A stretch of 64,000 nt of DNA, taken from the NCBI GenBank assembly GCA_016870395.1, contig VGBT01000009.1:15306-79305 (forward strand), in the 5' to 3' direction. This document shows, one piece after another, positions 38,081-46,676 of the stretch (position 1 is the first letter of the stretch; every line of letters begins with the position of its first letter). The DNA is from Actinomycetota bacterium. Its GTDB lineage: Bacteria; Actinomycetota; Acidimicrobiia; IMCC26256; JAENVU01. The notes beneath the pieces were generated by a model, which searched no databases, was not told where the DNA came from, and saw only the letters and a list, made by a program, of their open reading frames with translations. The position numbers were made by a program, and so were the translations under genes.

Positions 38081-38506
38081 ATGGACGACAACGAGCACAT
38101 TCGGGCGCTGATCCACCGGTACGCCGAGCTGCTCGACGCCGGCGACCTCGACGGCGTGGCCGCGCTCTTCGCCCGCGCGACGTTCCGCTCGACGCGCACC
38201 GGCAAGGTGCGGCGTGGGGTCGACCAGGTGCGGCGGGTCTACGCCGACGTGATCCTCTACGACGGGCGGCCCCGCACGCAGCACTTGGTCGCGAACGTCA
38301 CGATCGTGAGCGACGGCCCGCCGGTCGCCACGGCCCGCTCGTCGTTCACGGTGTTCCAGGCGTGCCCCGACTTCCCGCTGCAGCCGATCTTGGCGGGTCG
38401 CTACGAGGACGAGTTCGAGCACGTCGACGGGGCCTGGTGGTTCACCGACCGGCTCGTGTGCGCCGACCTGGTGGGCGACCTGAGCCACCACATGCGCGGT
38501 CGCTAG
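38081..38506 (+). CDS. SnoaL-like / NTF2-fold protein
   Basis: IRALIHRYAELLDAGDLDGVAALF typical N-terminal helix of NTF2-like proteins. Confidence 0.7.
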   Translation: MDDNEHIRALIHRYAELLDAGDLDGVAALFARATFRSTRTGKVRRGVDQVRRVYADVILYDGRPRTQHLVANVTIVSDGPPVATARSSFTVFQACPDFPLQPILAGRYEDEFEHVDGAWWFTDRLVCADLVGDLSHHMRGR

Positions 38507-38512
38507 TGCTTC

Positions 38513-39553
38513 CTACAGGACCAGCTCGGCCATCACCCGCAGTGCCTCCGGCTGGGCGGCGCCGAGGATCAGCGTCGTGATGCCGCTCTCGCGCCAAACG
38601 TCGAGCGCCTCGGCGATGCGCTCTTTCGGGCCGATCAGCGAGATCTCGTCGACCAGCTCGTCGGGCACCGCGGCGGTGGCTTCCCGCTTCTTGCCGTCGA
38701 GGTACAGGTCCTGAATCTCCTTGGCCGCGCCCTCGAAGCCGTACCGGCACGCGAGGTCGTTGTAGAAATTCCTCCCCCGCGCCCCCATGCCTCCCACGTA
38801 CAGGGCGACCATCGGCTTCACGAACCCGCGCAGTGCGTCGAGGTCGTCGCCCACGATCACGCTCACGGTGGGGGCAACGTCGAAGTCGGCGAGTGACTTG
38901 CCTCCGTCCGCCTTCGCGAAACCGGCGTCGATCGCGGCGCCGTAGGTGTCACGGAACCGGTACGGCGAGAAGAAGATCGGCAGCCAGCCGTTCGCGATCT
39001 CCGCGGTGAGCTCCACGTTCTTCGGGCCGATCGAGGCGAGGTAGATCGGGATGTCGGCGCGCGGCGGGTGCATGATGATCTTCAGCGGCTTGCCCAGTCC
39101 GGTCGCGTCGGGTCCCGAGTACGGGATGTCGTAGTGCGCGCCGTGGTGCTCGAGCGGTCCCTCGCGCCGCAGGATCGTGCGGACGATGTCGACGTACTCG
39201 CGCGTCTTCACGAGCGGCTTCCCGTAGGGCTGGCCGTGCCAGCCCTCCACGACCTGCGGACCCGAGAGGCCCAGGCCGAGGAGGAACCGGCCGCCGCTCA
39301 TCGTGTCGAGGGTGACCGCGGTCATCGCGGTCATCGCCGGGGTGCGCGCCGGCATCTGCATGATCGCCGAGCCGAAGTTGATCCGCTCGGTGTGGGCCAT
39401 CAGCCACGTGATCGGGGTGATGGCGTCGGTGCCGTACGCCTCTGCGGTCCACGCCGAGTGATAGCCGAGCCGGTCCGCCTCCTGGGCGAGGTTGACCGCG
39501 CGGGCGAGGCCGGCACCCCAGTCCTGATAGCCGAAGTTGATCCCGAGTCGCAT
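38513..39553 (-). CDS. LLM-class (luciferase-like) flavin/F420-dependent oxidoreductase
   Basis: [48 protein letters not shown]. Confidence 0.85.
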   Translation of the reverse strand: MRLGINFGYQDWGAGLARAVNLAQEADRLGYHSAWTAEAYGTDAITPITWLMAHTERINFGSAIMQMPARTPAMTAMTAVTLDTMSGGRFLLGLGLSGPQVVEGWHGQPYGKPLVKTREYVDIVRTILRREGPLEHHGAHYDIPYSGPDATGLGKPLKIIMHPPRADIPIYLASIGPKNVELTAEIANGWLPIFFSPYRFRDTYGAAIDAGFAKADGGKSLADFDVAPTVSVIVGDDLDALRGFVKPMVALYVGGMGARGRNFYNDLACRYGFEGAAKEIQDLYLDGKKREATAAVPDELVDEISLIGPKERIAEALDVWRESGITTLILGAAQPEALRVMAELVL

Positions 39554-39630
39554 CCGGCGATCGTCGCACGGTGCCGACCGGATGGTCTAATGGCGCTGCC
39601 AGCGGACACAATCGAGCGTGGAGAGCTTCG

Positions 39631-40635
39631 ATGACAGACCTTGTGACCAACGTCGTGCGCGGCTCCAACGCCGAGCGGCTGCTGCTGCTCGTGCACGGCT
39701 ACGGCGCCGACGAGCGCGACCTCGGGGGGCTCCTCTCGTACCTGGATCCCGAGGGCCACTTCGCGGTTGTGCTCCCGCGGGCCCCGCACGCCGCGCCGGG
39801 CACCCCCGGGTTCGCGTGGTTCCCGATCTCCACCGACGGGATGGATCCCGAGGCGTTCTCGGCATCGCTCGACCAGCTCGACGCGCTGGTCGACGAGCAG
39901 TGCGCCGAGCTCGGCTTCGCCCGCGACCAGGCGGTGTTCGGCGGCTTCTCGCAGGGGGCCGGCCTTGCACTCACGCTCGCGATCCGCGCCGGCGCGACGA
40001 CGCGGCCCGCGGGTGTGCTCGCGATGAGCCCGTTCGCGCCGGCCGTCGAAGGGCTCGACGTCGATTGGGACGCCGCGGCGTCGATCCCGGTGCTGCTCCA
40101 GCACGGCACCGAGGACCCGATGATCCCCGTCGCCGTCACCCGCCACCTGACCGAGGAGCTGAGCGCCCACGAGGTGCCGCTCGTGTACTCGGAGTACCCG
40201 ATGGGCCACCAGGTCGCGCTCGAGAGCGTCGAGCAGGCCCGGGCCTGGCTAGACCAGGTGCGCGCCGGTGAGAAGCCTACGGCGCCGTTGCCCGCCCCGC
40301 CGCCGGAGGGGCCGGTGAAGGCGGTCACCACCGCGACCTGGGAGGCCGAAGTGCTGCGCAGCGACCTGCCGGTGATCGTCGACTTCTGGGCGCCGTGGTG
40401 CGTGCCGTGCAAGCAGGTCGGCCCGATCGTCGAGCAGATCGCGCTGATGCGCGAAGGCTCCTACAAGGTCGTGAAGATCGACATCGACCAGGAGCCCGCG
40501 CTGGCCCAGCAGTACGAGGTGCAGAGCATCCCGCTGATCGCGCTGTTCCGCGACGGCCGGCTCGAGCGCCGTTCGCTCGGGGCCAAGCCCCGGCCCCAGC
40601 TCGAGGCCGAGCTCGGGCTGCTCGTGATCCCGTAG
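39631..40635 (+). CDS. fusion protein: phospholipase/carboxylesterase-type alpha/beta hydrolase + C-terminal thioredoxin (WCVPC)
   Basis: LLVHGYGADERDL, GFSQGAG nucleophile elbow, MGHQV; Pro-rich linker; thioredoxin fold VIVDFWAPWCVPCKQVGP...QSIPLIALF. Confidence 0.8.
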   Translation: MTDLVTNVVRGSNAERLLLLVHGYGADERDLGGLLSYLDPEGHFAVVLPRAPHAAPGTPGFAWFPISTDGMDPEAFSASLDQLDALVDEQCAELGFARDQAVFGGFSQGAGLALTLAIRAGATTRPAGVLAMSPFAPAVEGLDVDWDAAASIPVLLQHGTEDPMIPVAVTRHLTEELSAHEVPLVYSEYPMGHQVALESVEQARAWLDQVRAGEKPTAPLPAPPPEGPVKAVTTATWEAEVLRSDLPVIVDFWAPWCVPCKQVGPIVEQIALMREGSYKVVKIDIDQEPALAQQYEVQSIPLIALFRDGRLERRSLGAKPRPQLEAELGLLVIP

Positions 40636-40639
40636 CCGG

Positions 40640-41380
40640 CTACGGGTGGGGATGGGGTCGACCGGCCGGGCGCGTGCGGCCGCCCCACCACAGCGCGAAA
40701 CCGCCCATCGCGAGCGCGCCGATGCCGGCCAGCAACACCGCGAAGGTGCCGTCGCCGGTGTTCGGCAAGGTGGCGGCGGTCGTCGAGGGCCGGCCGGCGG
40801 TTGCCCGTGCAGTCGCGCGAGCGCGGGCGGCCTGCGTGCCGCCGACGTCGACCTGGTTCACCACCACTACCGGGGGCGCTACCTCACTGGGGGTCGTCAC
40901 GACGGTGTGCGGTGGGATCCCAGCCACCGCGAACGGCAGCGGGTCGAAGTCGAACGAGCGGACCCCGTCAAGGTCGGGGTGATCCACCACGCAGCGGGCC
41001 ACGAGGTCGTAGGCAGCGGATGTCACCGCGCCCGGGACGCTCACCGAGCCGCTCCAGCCGCCGCCGGTCGCCACCGTGACCGATCCGAGCGCGACCGTCG
41101 CCGAGACGCTCTGGAGACGCAGGTCGACCCGAGTCCCGTCGAAGTACTCGATCTCGGGTACGGGTGTGGCGGTCGAGGACGGGTCGCCGGGATCAGCCGG
41201 CTGGCTCCAGCCGCAGAGGCTGGCGTCGTCGGAGGCGACCGAGATCATCGTGCCGGACCCGCCATCGTCGGGCAAGCGAGTCCATGCCGCGGCCGGATTG
41301 GCGAGCACGAGCACCAGCGCGGTCGCGCCGATCGCACCGGCAGTCCCGACGCAGCCCTTCAGGATAAGCCTGTGTCCCAT
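40640..41380 (-). CDS. LPXTG-anchored secreted protein
   Basis: Signal peptide (ATG 41380, GGAGG RBS); C-terminal LPNTG + TM + RTRPAGR tail. Confidence 0.75.
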   Translation of the reverse strand: MGHRLILKGCVGTAGAIGATALVLVLANPAAAWTRLPDDGGSGTMISVASDDASLCGWSQPADPGDPSSTATPVPEIEYFDGTRVDLRLQSVSATVALGSVTVATGGGWSGSVSVPGAVTSAAYDLVARCVVDHPDLDGVRSFDFDPLPFAVAGIPPHTVVTTPSEVAPPVVVVNQVDVGGTQAARARATARATAGRPSTTAATLPNTGDGTFAVLLAGIGALAMGGFALWWGGRTRPAGRPHPHP

Positions 41381-41509
41381 CAAGGGACCTCCCCTCAGGC
41401 TCCGCCCGCCGACTGACGGTAATCCCGCGGGTGGGGGACTTCGCGGATGGCCCGCCATCCCGCTGAGCGTCCCGGGCGGCTGATGGTCCGGACCTGAGCA
41501 CCGGCCTGA

Positions 41510-41545
41510 GGTGACCGAGCGGCGAGTGTCGCCGGAGACGCTCAG
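41510..41545. repeat. hairpin repeat, family 2, copy C
   Basis: GGTGACCGAGCGGCGAGTGTCGCCGGAGACGCTCAG; selD stop TGA (41542-41544) lies in the terminal CTCAG. Confidence 0.6.
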
Positions 41546-42618
41546 GTGATGGTGATGCTGCCGGGCTTGCCGTCGGTGACGTGGCCGACCACCGCGGCGG
41601 CGGGCGTGGCGCGCGCATCCAGTGCGGCGACCAGGGTGTCGGCGTGCTCGGGGCCGACCGCGATCAGCAGGCCGCCGGACGTCTGGGCGTCGGCCAGCAG
41701 GAGCTGCTCGGGCGCCGCGAGCGGGCCCCAGTCGACCGCCTCGCTGACGTACGCGTGGTTCCGGTGGGTGCCGCCGGCGACCATGCCGGTCTCGACGAGC
41801 GCGCGGACTCCGTCGATCACCGGTACGGCGGCGGCGTCGACCACTGCCGCGACGCCAGAGGCGGTGACCATCTCGCGGAGGTGGCCCAGCAGCGAGAAGC
41901 CGGTCACGTCTGTGACCGCGTGCACGTGCTCCGCGTGCTCGACCGCCGCGTCGCGGGCGCCCGCGTTGAGCGTGGTCATCAGCCGCACGGCCTCGTCGAG
42001 CAGGCCGGTGGGCGCGGCGTCGCGCTTGATCGCGGTGGAGATCACACCGAGGCCGATCGGCTTGGTGAGCACGAGGGCGTCGCCTGGTCGCGCCCCTACG
42101 TTGCGGAACACGCGTGCCGGGTCGACCGTGCCGACGACCGCCATCCCGTACTTGGGCTCGGCGTCGTCGATCGAGTGGCCGCCCGCGATGACGGCTCCGG
42201 CCGCGGTCGCCGCTTGCGCGCCGCCGTCGATGACCCGCGCGAGCAGGTCGAACGGCAGGCCCTCTCGGGGCCAGGCCACGAGGTTGAGCGCGAGCAGCGG
42301 CGTTCCACCCATCGCGTACACGTCGGACATCGCGTTGGTCGCGGCGATGCGACCCCAGTCGAACGGGTCGTCGACGATCGGGGTGAAGAAGTCGGTGGTG
42401 ACCACCACTGCGAGGTCGTCACGGAGCCGGTACACCGCCGCGTCGTCGGCGGTGTCGAGCCCCACCAACAGGTCGGGATCCGTCGACGGTGGCAGCCCGC
42501 GCACGAGCCCGAGGACGGTGCGGAGATCGGAGGGCGAGAGCTTGCAGGCGCAGCCTGCTCCGTGGGAGAAGCGCGTGAGCCGGACGGGCGCCGCGTCGGC
42601 GTTGCGCGGCGTGCTCAG
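41542..42618 (-). CDS. selD: selenide, water dikinase (selenophosphate synthetase), Cys-type; start probably non-canonical CTG
   Basis: Strong SelD-like sequence throughout (RLTRFSHGAGCACKLSP, DAAVYRL, TTDFFTPIVDDPFDWGRIAATNAMSDVYAMGG, DVTGFSLLGH); the N-terminal catalytic loop lies upstream of the first ATG/GTG/TTG (42504). Confidence 0.8.
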   Translation of the reverse strand: MSTPRNADAAPVRLTRFSHGAGCACKLSPSDLRTVLGLVRGLPPSTDPDLLVGLDTADDAAVYRLRDDLAVVVTTDFFTPIVDDPFDWGRIAATNAMSDVYAMGGTPLLALNLVAWPREGLPFDLLARVIDGGAQAATAAGAVIAGGHSIDDAEPKYGMAVVGTVDPARVFRNVGARPGDALVLTKPIGLGVISTAIKRDAAPTGLLDEAVRLMTTLNAGARDAAVEHAEHVHAVTDVTGFSLLGHLREMVTASGVAAVVDAAAVPVIDGVRALVETGMVAGGTHRNHAYVSEAVDWGPLAAPEQLLLADAQTSGGLLIAVGPEHADTLVAALDARATPAAAVVGHVTDGKPGSITIT

Positions 42619-43694
42619 CCCCGGACCCGGCCGTAGCCGGTGGCCGTGCCGTACCGGACCGCGCTGAGCTTGACGCCGGTCGCGGGATTGGAGGCCGACA
42701 CCACCATCCCGCCGCCGATGTAGATCTCGACGTGGTTGGAGCCGCCCGGCCCGTAGAAGATCAGGTCACCCGCCTGCAGGTCCCCGGCGCCGATGTGCAC
42801 TGTCTGCTGCCACTGCGCACCGGAGTAGTGCGCGAGCGAGACGCCTGCGGCTGCCCAGGCAGAGGCGGTGAGCCCGGAGCAGTCGTACGTGTCGGGCCCC
42901 GACGTGGCGTAGCGGTACCCCTTGCCGACCTGCGCCTTCGCGAACGCGACGGCGGTCGCCGCCCGGGCGTTGGGAGCGGGGACGTCGGGGAAGTTGACCG
43001 GTCCGGTGGTGCGGCGGGGCGCCGCGGCGTTCTGCGTGGCGGTCGCCGCGGCGCGGGCGCGGGCCTCGGCGTCGCGACGGGCGGTTTCCTGGGCCATGAG
43101 TGTCGCGATCTCGCCGTTGACCTGGCTCAGCAGTGCCTTCTGGCCGGCGCTGGCCCGCTCGATCTCCCGGCGGGCAGCGTCGGTGGCATCGCGCTCGGCG
43201 GCCGCCGCGGCTCGCTGCTGCTCGAGCTGGGCCTTCTGGTCCGCGAGGTCCTCACGGGCCTTCTGGAGCTTGGTGAGCAGGGCGTCGTCGCGGTCGGCGG
43301 CGGCCGCGGCGTACTGGGACCGGGCGCCCAGGTCGGCCACGCTGTCGACATCCATCGCGTCGAGCGGGCTCGACGCGCCGGCGCCCTTGTAGATCTCGAT
43401 GGCCCGGGCGTTGAGCAGGTGCTTGACCCGGGCGGTCTCGGCCTGGGCCTCCGCGGTGCGCCGCTCGGCCTCCACGATGCCGGCCTGGGCGCGATCCAGG
43501 CGCAGCCGGGCACCGTTGAGGCGTTCGGACAGCGTGACGATCTTGTCCCCGTTGGCGTCGATCTGGGCCTGCAGGGCGGCCGCCTGGCGCCGCTTGTCGT
43601 CGATCGGAGCGCCCTGGGCGGTCACCGCAGGCAGGATGCCGGCTGTGACGAGGGTGATGGCGATGAATCCCGAGGCTTTGGCCCGGAGGTTCAT
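42615..43694 (-). CDS. secreted NlpC/P60 peptidoglycan endopeptidase with N-terminal coiled-coil (RipA-like)
   Basis: Signal peptide, long Ala/Gln/Arg coiled-coil, C-terminal GKGYRYATSGPDTYDCSGLTASAW...NHVEIYIGGG (Cys-His catalytic pair); ATG 43694 with GGGAG RBS. Confidence 0.85.
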   Translation of the reverse strand: MNLRAKASGFIAITLVTAGILPAVTAQGAPIDDKRRQAAALQAQIDANGDKIVTLSERLNGARLRLDRAQAGIVEAERRTAEAQAETARVKHLLNARAIEIYKGAGASSPLDAMDVDSVADLGARSQYAAAAADRDDALLTKLQKAREDLADQKAQLEQQRAAAAAERDATDAARREIERASAGQKALLSQVNGEIATLMAQETARRDAEARARAAATATQNAAAPRRTTGPVNFPDVPAPNARAATAVAFAKAQVGKGYRYATSGPDTYDCSGLTASAWAAAGVSLAHYSGAQWQQTVHIGAGDLQAGDLIFYGPGGSNHVEIYIGGGMVVSASNPATGVKLSAVRYGTATGYGRVRG

Positions 43695-43927
43695 GTGGGG
43701 ACTCCCATTGGCTCGTAGGTGCCGCCGTCGGTCCTTGCTGAACACGGTCCTGCTCAACAACAACACTGCTTGACAAGTCTCGTCGGCACGCGCGCCGCCA
43801 TGACTTCCTGCGACGAGCGGTCCTGACGACCCTACGCGAGTGTCGGACGCGATGCCATTTCTCCTTGAAAAGAGTCCCGTGACCAGCGCAGACGAGCCGT
43901 CCGTGTCGGGGCGGCCGCAGGGGTTGC

Positions 43928-44413
43928 CTAGACCGGCCAGCCCTCGGTCGGGCGGGGTCCGAGTCCGCCTGGTGGGGTGAGGTCGGGGGTCGACCAGGCC
44001 ATCGCCTCGGCCACCGACTTGGCGACCCGTTGCCACTCGAAGGGGTCCCAGCCCTCGGCTACCTCCCCGACGCTCGTGTCCTGGCGCAGGTGCACGAGCG
44101 CGGGCAGGCGGGTCAGGCCCAGGGTCTTCGGGAGGGCCGCGTCGGGGTCGACGAAGGTCAGCGCCCGGGCCTCCTCGCCGTCGAGGATTCGCTCGGCGAT
44201 CAGGCGGCTGCCGGTCACGACGTACCCGCACCGGGCGTCGCTGTCGCCGAGCACGTCGAAGATCGTCTGGGCCACCGGGATCCAGGCCGCGGCCTCGGGC
44301 CGATCCGGCAGGATCACGAGGCAGAGGTGGAAGGTCGTCGACCAGTCGTCGATCGTGCGCTGCAGGCCCGCGATCGTGGTCAGCTCCAACGTGGGGTCCG
44401 GGTTCTTGGCCAC
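43928..44413 (-). CDS. hypothetical protein
   Basis: 161-aa ORF with balanced composition; no confident motif. Confidence 0.6.
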   Translation of the reverse strand: MAKNPDPTLELTTIAGLQRTIDDWSTTFHLCLVILPDRPEAAAWIPVAQTIFDVLGDSDARCGYVVTGSRLIAERILDGEEARALTFVDPDAALPKTLGLTRLPALVHLRQDTSVGEVAEGWDPFEWQRVAKSVAEAMAWSTPDLTPPGGLGPRPTEGWPV

Positions 44414-44455
44414 GGGCGGGAACGGTAGCGCGGGCGCTCGATAGTCTCCTGATCC

Positions 44456-44917
44456 ATGTCCCGACGCGATCAGATCCGGATGTCCCAGGCCGAGGCCCGG
44501 GCGTTCCTAGAGGCCGGGCGAGACCTCCAGGTCGCGTCGATCAACGCCGACGGCACGCCGCATCTGGTCACCATGTGGTACGAGCTCGACGGCGACGACG
44601 TCTGCTTCTGGACCTACGCGAAGAGCCAGAAGGTCGTGAACCTGCGTCGCGACCCGCGGATCACCGTGCTCGTGGCGACCGGCGACGTGTACGAGCAGCT
44701 GAAGGGTGTCTCGATCAGCGGGCGGGCCGACGTCGTCGACGTGCTCGACGACGTCCTCGCGTTCGGCGAGCGTCTCTACGCGAAGTACTGGGGCCCGATC
44801 GACAGCGATGTCGTGCGCGACGGGGTGCGCGCGATGGGCTCGAAGCGGGTCGTGATCCGGGTCGAGGCGGAGAGGGTGCTGAGCTGGGACCACTCCAAGC
44901 TGGCCGGCGCGTACTGA
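44456..44917 (+). CDS. pyridoxamine 5'-phosphate oxidase (PPOX-class, possibly F420-dependent) family protein
   Basis: EARAFLEAGRDLQVASINADGTPHLVTMWY, split-barrel family pattern. Confidence 0.8.
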   Translation: MSRRDQIRMSQAEARAFLEAGRDLQVASINADGTPHLVTMWYELDGDDVCFWTYAKSQKVVNLRRDPRITVLVATGDVYEQLKGVSISGRADVVDVLDDVLAFGERLYAKYWGPIDSDVVRDGVRAMGSKRVVIRVEAERVLSWDHSKLAGAY

Positions 44918-44954
44918 CGCGGGCATCGAGGTGGGCGCAGAGGAGGCGCCACCG

Positions 44955-45639
44955 ATGGGCGAGATGGTCGAGTTCCCGAGCAACGGCACCCCCGGCCAGG
45001 GCTACCTCGCGGTGCCGGCCGGTGGGAGCGGGCCGGGCATCGTGGTCTTCTAGGCCTAGCGGGGGTGCAACCCACAGATCGAGGGCGTGGGCGATGCGCT
45101 CGCGGCAGAGGGTTTCGTGGCGCTCGCCCCCGACCTCTACCGCGGCGTCGAGACCGCGAAGCCCGATGAGGCCGCCAAGCTGATGATGGTGCTCAGCATG
45201 GAGCAGGCCGCCAAGGCCATGGTGGGCGCGGTCGATTTCCTCGCCGCGCACCCGGCGGTGCAGGTCGGGGGCTCGGCGTGACCGGCTTCTGCATGGGCGG
45301 CGGACTGGCGCTGCTCCTGGCCACGATGCGCCCAGACGTGGTGAAGGCCTGGCGTTCTGCGGCGTCATCCCCTGGCCGGCGCACCAGCCCGACTACTCGA
45401 GGCTGGCCGCGGCCGTGCAGGGCCACTACGCGGAGAAGGACGAGTTCGCCGACGCGGCAGCCGTCGCTGCCCTCGAGCGCGAGCTGAAGGGGCTCGGCAA
45501 GTCGGCGGAGCTCCTCGTGTACCCCGACACCGACCACGCGTTCGCGAACGAGACCCGCCCCGAGGTCTACGACGCGGAGGCGACGAAGCAGGCCATGGCG
45601 CGAGTCGTCGCGTTCCTTTACGCCCAGCTCGACGTCTGA
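44955..45639 (+). pseudogene. dienelactone hydrolase family gene, inactivated (two in-frame TAG codons and two frameshifts)
   Basis: AGGAGG RBS + ATG 44955: MGEMVEFPSNGTPGQGYLAVPAGGSGPGIVVF-TAG-A-TAG-RGCNPQIEGVGDALAAEGFVALAPDLY... Frame changes near 45275 (TGFCMGGGLALLLA) and near 45345-45360 (...VQGHYAEKDEFA...YPDTDHAF). Confidence 0.8.
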
Positions 45640-45654
45640 CCGCGCTCCCTCTCT

Positions 45655-45713
45655 GGGGAACTGTCGCGTCTATCTCGTGCTGGGGCGCGAGGAAGACGCG
45701 ACAGTTTCGGGGC
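45655..45713 (+). repeat. hairpin-forming interspersed element, family 1, copy 2
   Basis: GGGGAACTGTCGCGTCTATCTCGTGCTGGGGCGCGAGGAAGACGCGACAGTTTCGGGG; 15 nt after the DLH pseudogene stop; inner stem CTCGTGC/GCGCGAG carries paired substitutions relative to the other copies. Confidence 0.9.
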
Positions 45714-46629
45714 TGGGGGACGGACGGTCCTCGAGCAGGTCGCGGAGGCGTTGGCGCACGTACTCGGGGCGCTGCACGACATCGCCCCAGCGGAAGCGCT
45801 CGACGCGAAACCTAGCCCTCCGGAGTCGAGCGTCCCGCCGGGCGTCGGCTCTGCGGTCGAGCAGCGCGTCGTGGAACGCCATGCCGTCGACTTCGACGAC
45901 CAGCCCGGCGTCGCGGAAGAAAAAGTCGACTCGGCCGACCCAGCCCCCGTCGTCGCCGAGGTCGACCTGCTGGTCGGGCGTCGGCAGGCCGCCCTCATGA
46001 ACGAGGCGGAGGAATCGTGCCTCGAGCTCGCTCTCGGGCGCGATGTGCCCGTCTCCCCTCGGGGCGAGCAGCACGGTCATGACCGCGGTGCCGTCCCGTC
46101 CCTGCCGGCCCATCTGCTCCAACGTCTCGCGCATGACCTGGACCGTTACGAGGCCTCGACCGAGGGCGGTGTCGAGCGTCCGCTCGACCCGCTCCAAACG
46201 GATCGTTCCGCACAGATCGAAGAGCGTCCGGGCCACGCTGGTGCAGGGGATGTCATCGACCACGCTGCGATGGGACGACGGGAAGGTGAATGTCTGGCAT
46301 GTCTTGATGCCTTGGAGCCTCCTCGGTCGCCGCTGCACCGTGACCCGGGGTGCCAGAAGCTCGAAGCCCGGGAGTCCCCACAGGCACGCGGCGCTCTCGT
46401 GCGAGGCGACCGCGCCGTCGCCGCTCGCGAGCACCGCGGCCATGAGCTCGGAACGGCCGGTCACTGGCGTCCCGGGGATCCTGTAGACGCGAGGCAGGAT
46501 CTCGAGCCACCGCGCGCTCGCCAGACGGTGATGGATCGCGGAGCGACTGAGCCGGAGTCGGGCTTGGCGATCGGAGAAGACCCCGTGCTGAGACGCGGCG
46601 AGGGTGGCGATGTCGACGTCCTTGTCCAT
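45670..46629 (-). CDS. AbiEi-antitoxin-like N-terminal domain + DUF559/Vsr-like endonuclease-fold C-terminal domain protein
   Basis: N-terminus IATLAASQHGVFSDRQARLRLSRSAIHHRLASARWLEILPRVY; C-terminus GRVDFFFRDAGLVVEVDGMAFH...R.D..R...L...G..V.RF; last ~14 codons and the stop lie inside repeat copy 2. Confidence 0.75.
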   Translation of the reverse strand: MDKDVDIATLAASQHGVFSDRQARLRLSRSAIHHRLASARWLEILPRVYRIPGTPVTGRSELMAAVLASGDGAVASHESAACLWGLPGFELLAPRVTVQRRPRRLQGIKTCQTFTFPSSHRSVVDDIPCTSVARTLFDLCGTIRLERVERTLDTALGRGLVTVQVMRETLEQMGRQGRDGTAVMTVLLAPRGDGHIAPESELEARFLRLVHEGGLPTPDQQVDLGDDGGWVGRVDFFFRDAGLVVEVDGMAFHDALLDRRADARRDARLRRARFRVERFRWGDVVQRPEYVRQRLRDLLEDRPSPSPETVASSSRPSTR

Positions 46630-46676
46630 GCCGACGAAGGTACGCCGAGGGTGTGACAGCCAGGATGAGCCCCCAA

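Noticed and set aside
42540-42560. Possible selenocysteine (in-frame TGA) at the SelD active site, or other selenoprotein genes
   Set aside because: The active-site codons read GGC TGC GCC TGC AAG (G-C-A-C-K), which is the Cys type. I found no homology continuing across a TGA in any gene of the window.
43832-43858. 8-codon upstream ORF (ATG GCA TCG CGT CCG ACA CTC GCG TAG, minus strand) in the P60 leader, preceded by AAGGAG
   Set aside because: The SD-like AAGGAG ends only 2 nt before the ATG, which is too close for normal initiation. There is no further support, and it is more likely part of the leader's secondary structure.
43695-43927. Canonical ydaO/c-di-AMP riboswitch call for the P60 leader
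   Set aside because: Only the 3'-terminal block shows partial resemblance, and the other conserved blocks I remember are not present. It is kept as an unexplained leader in the findings, not called as a riboswitch feature.
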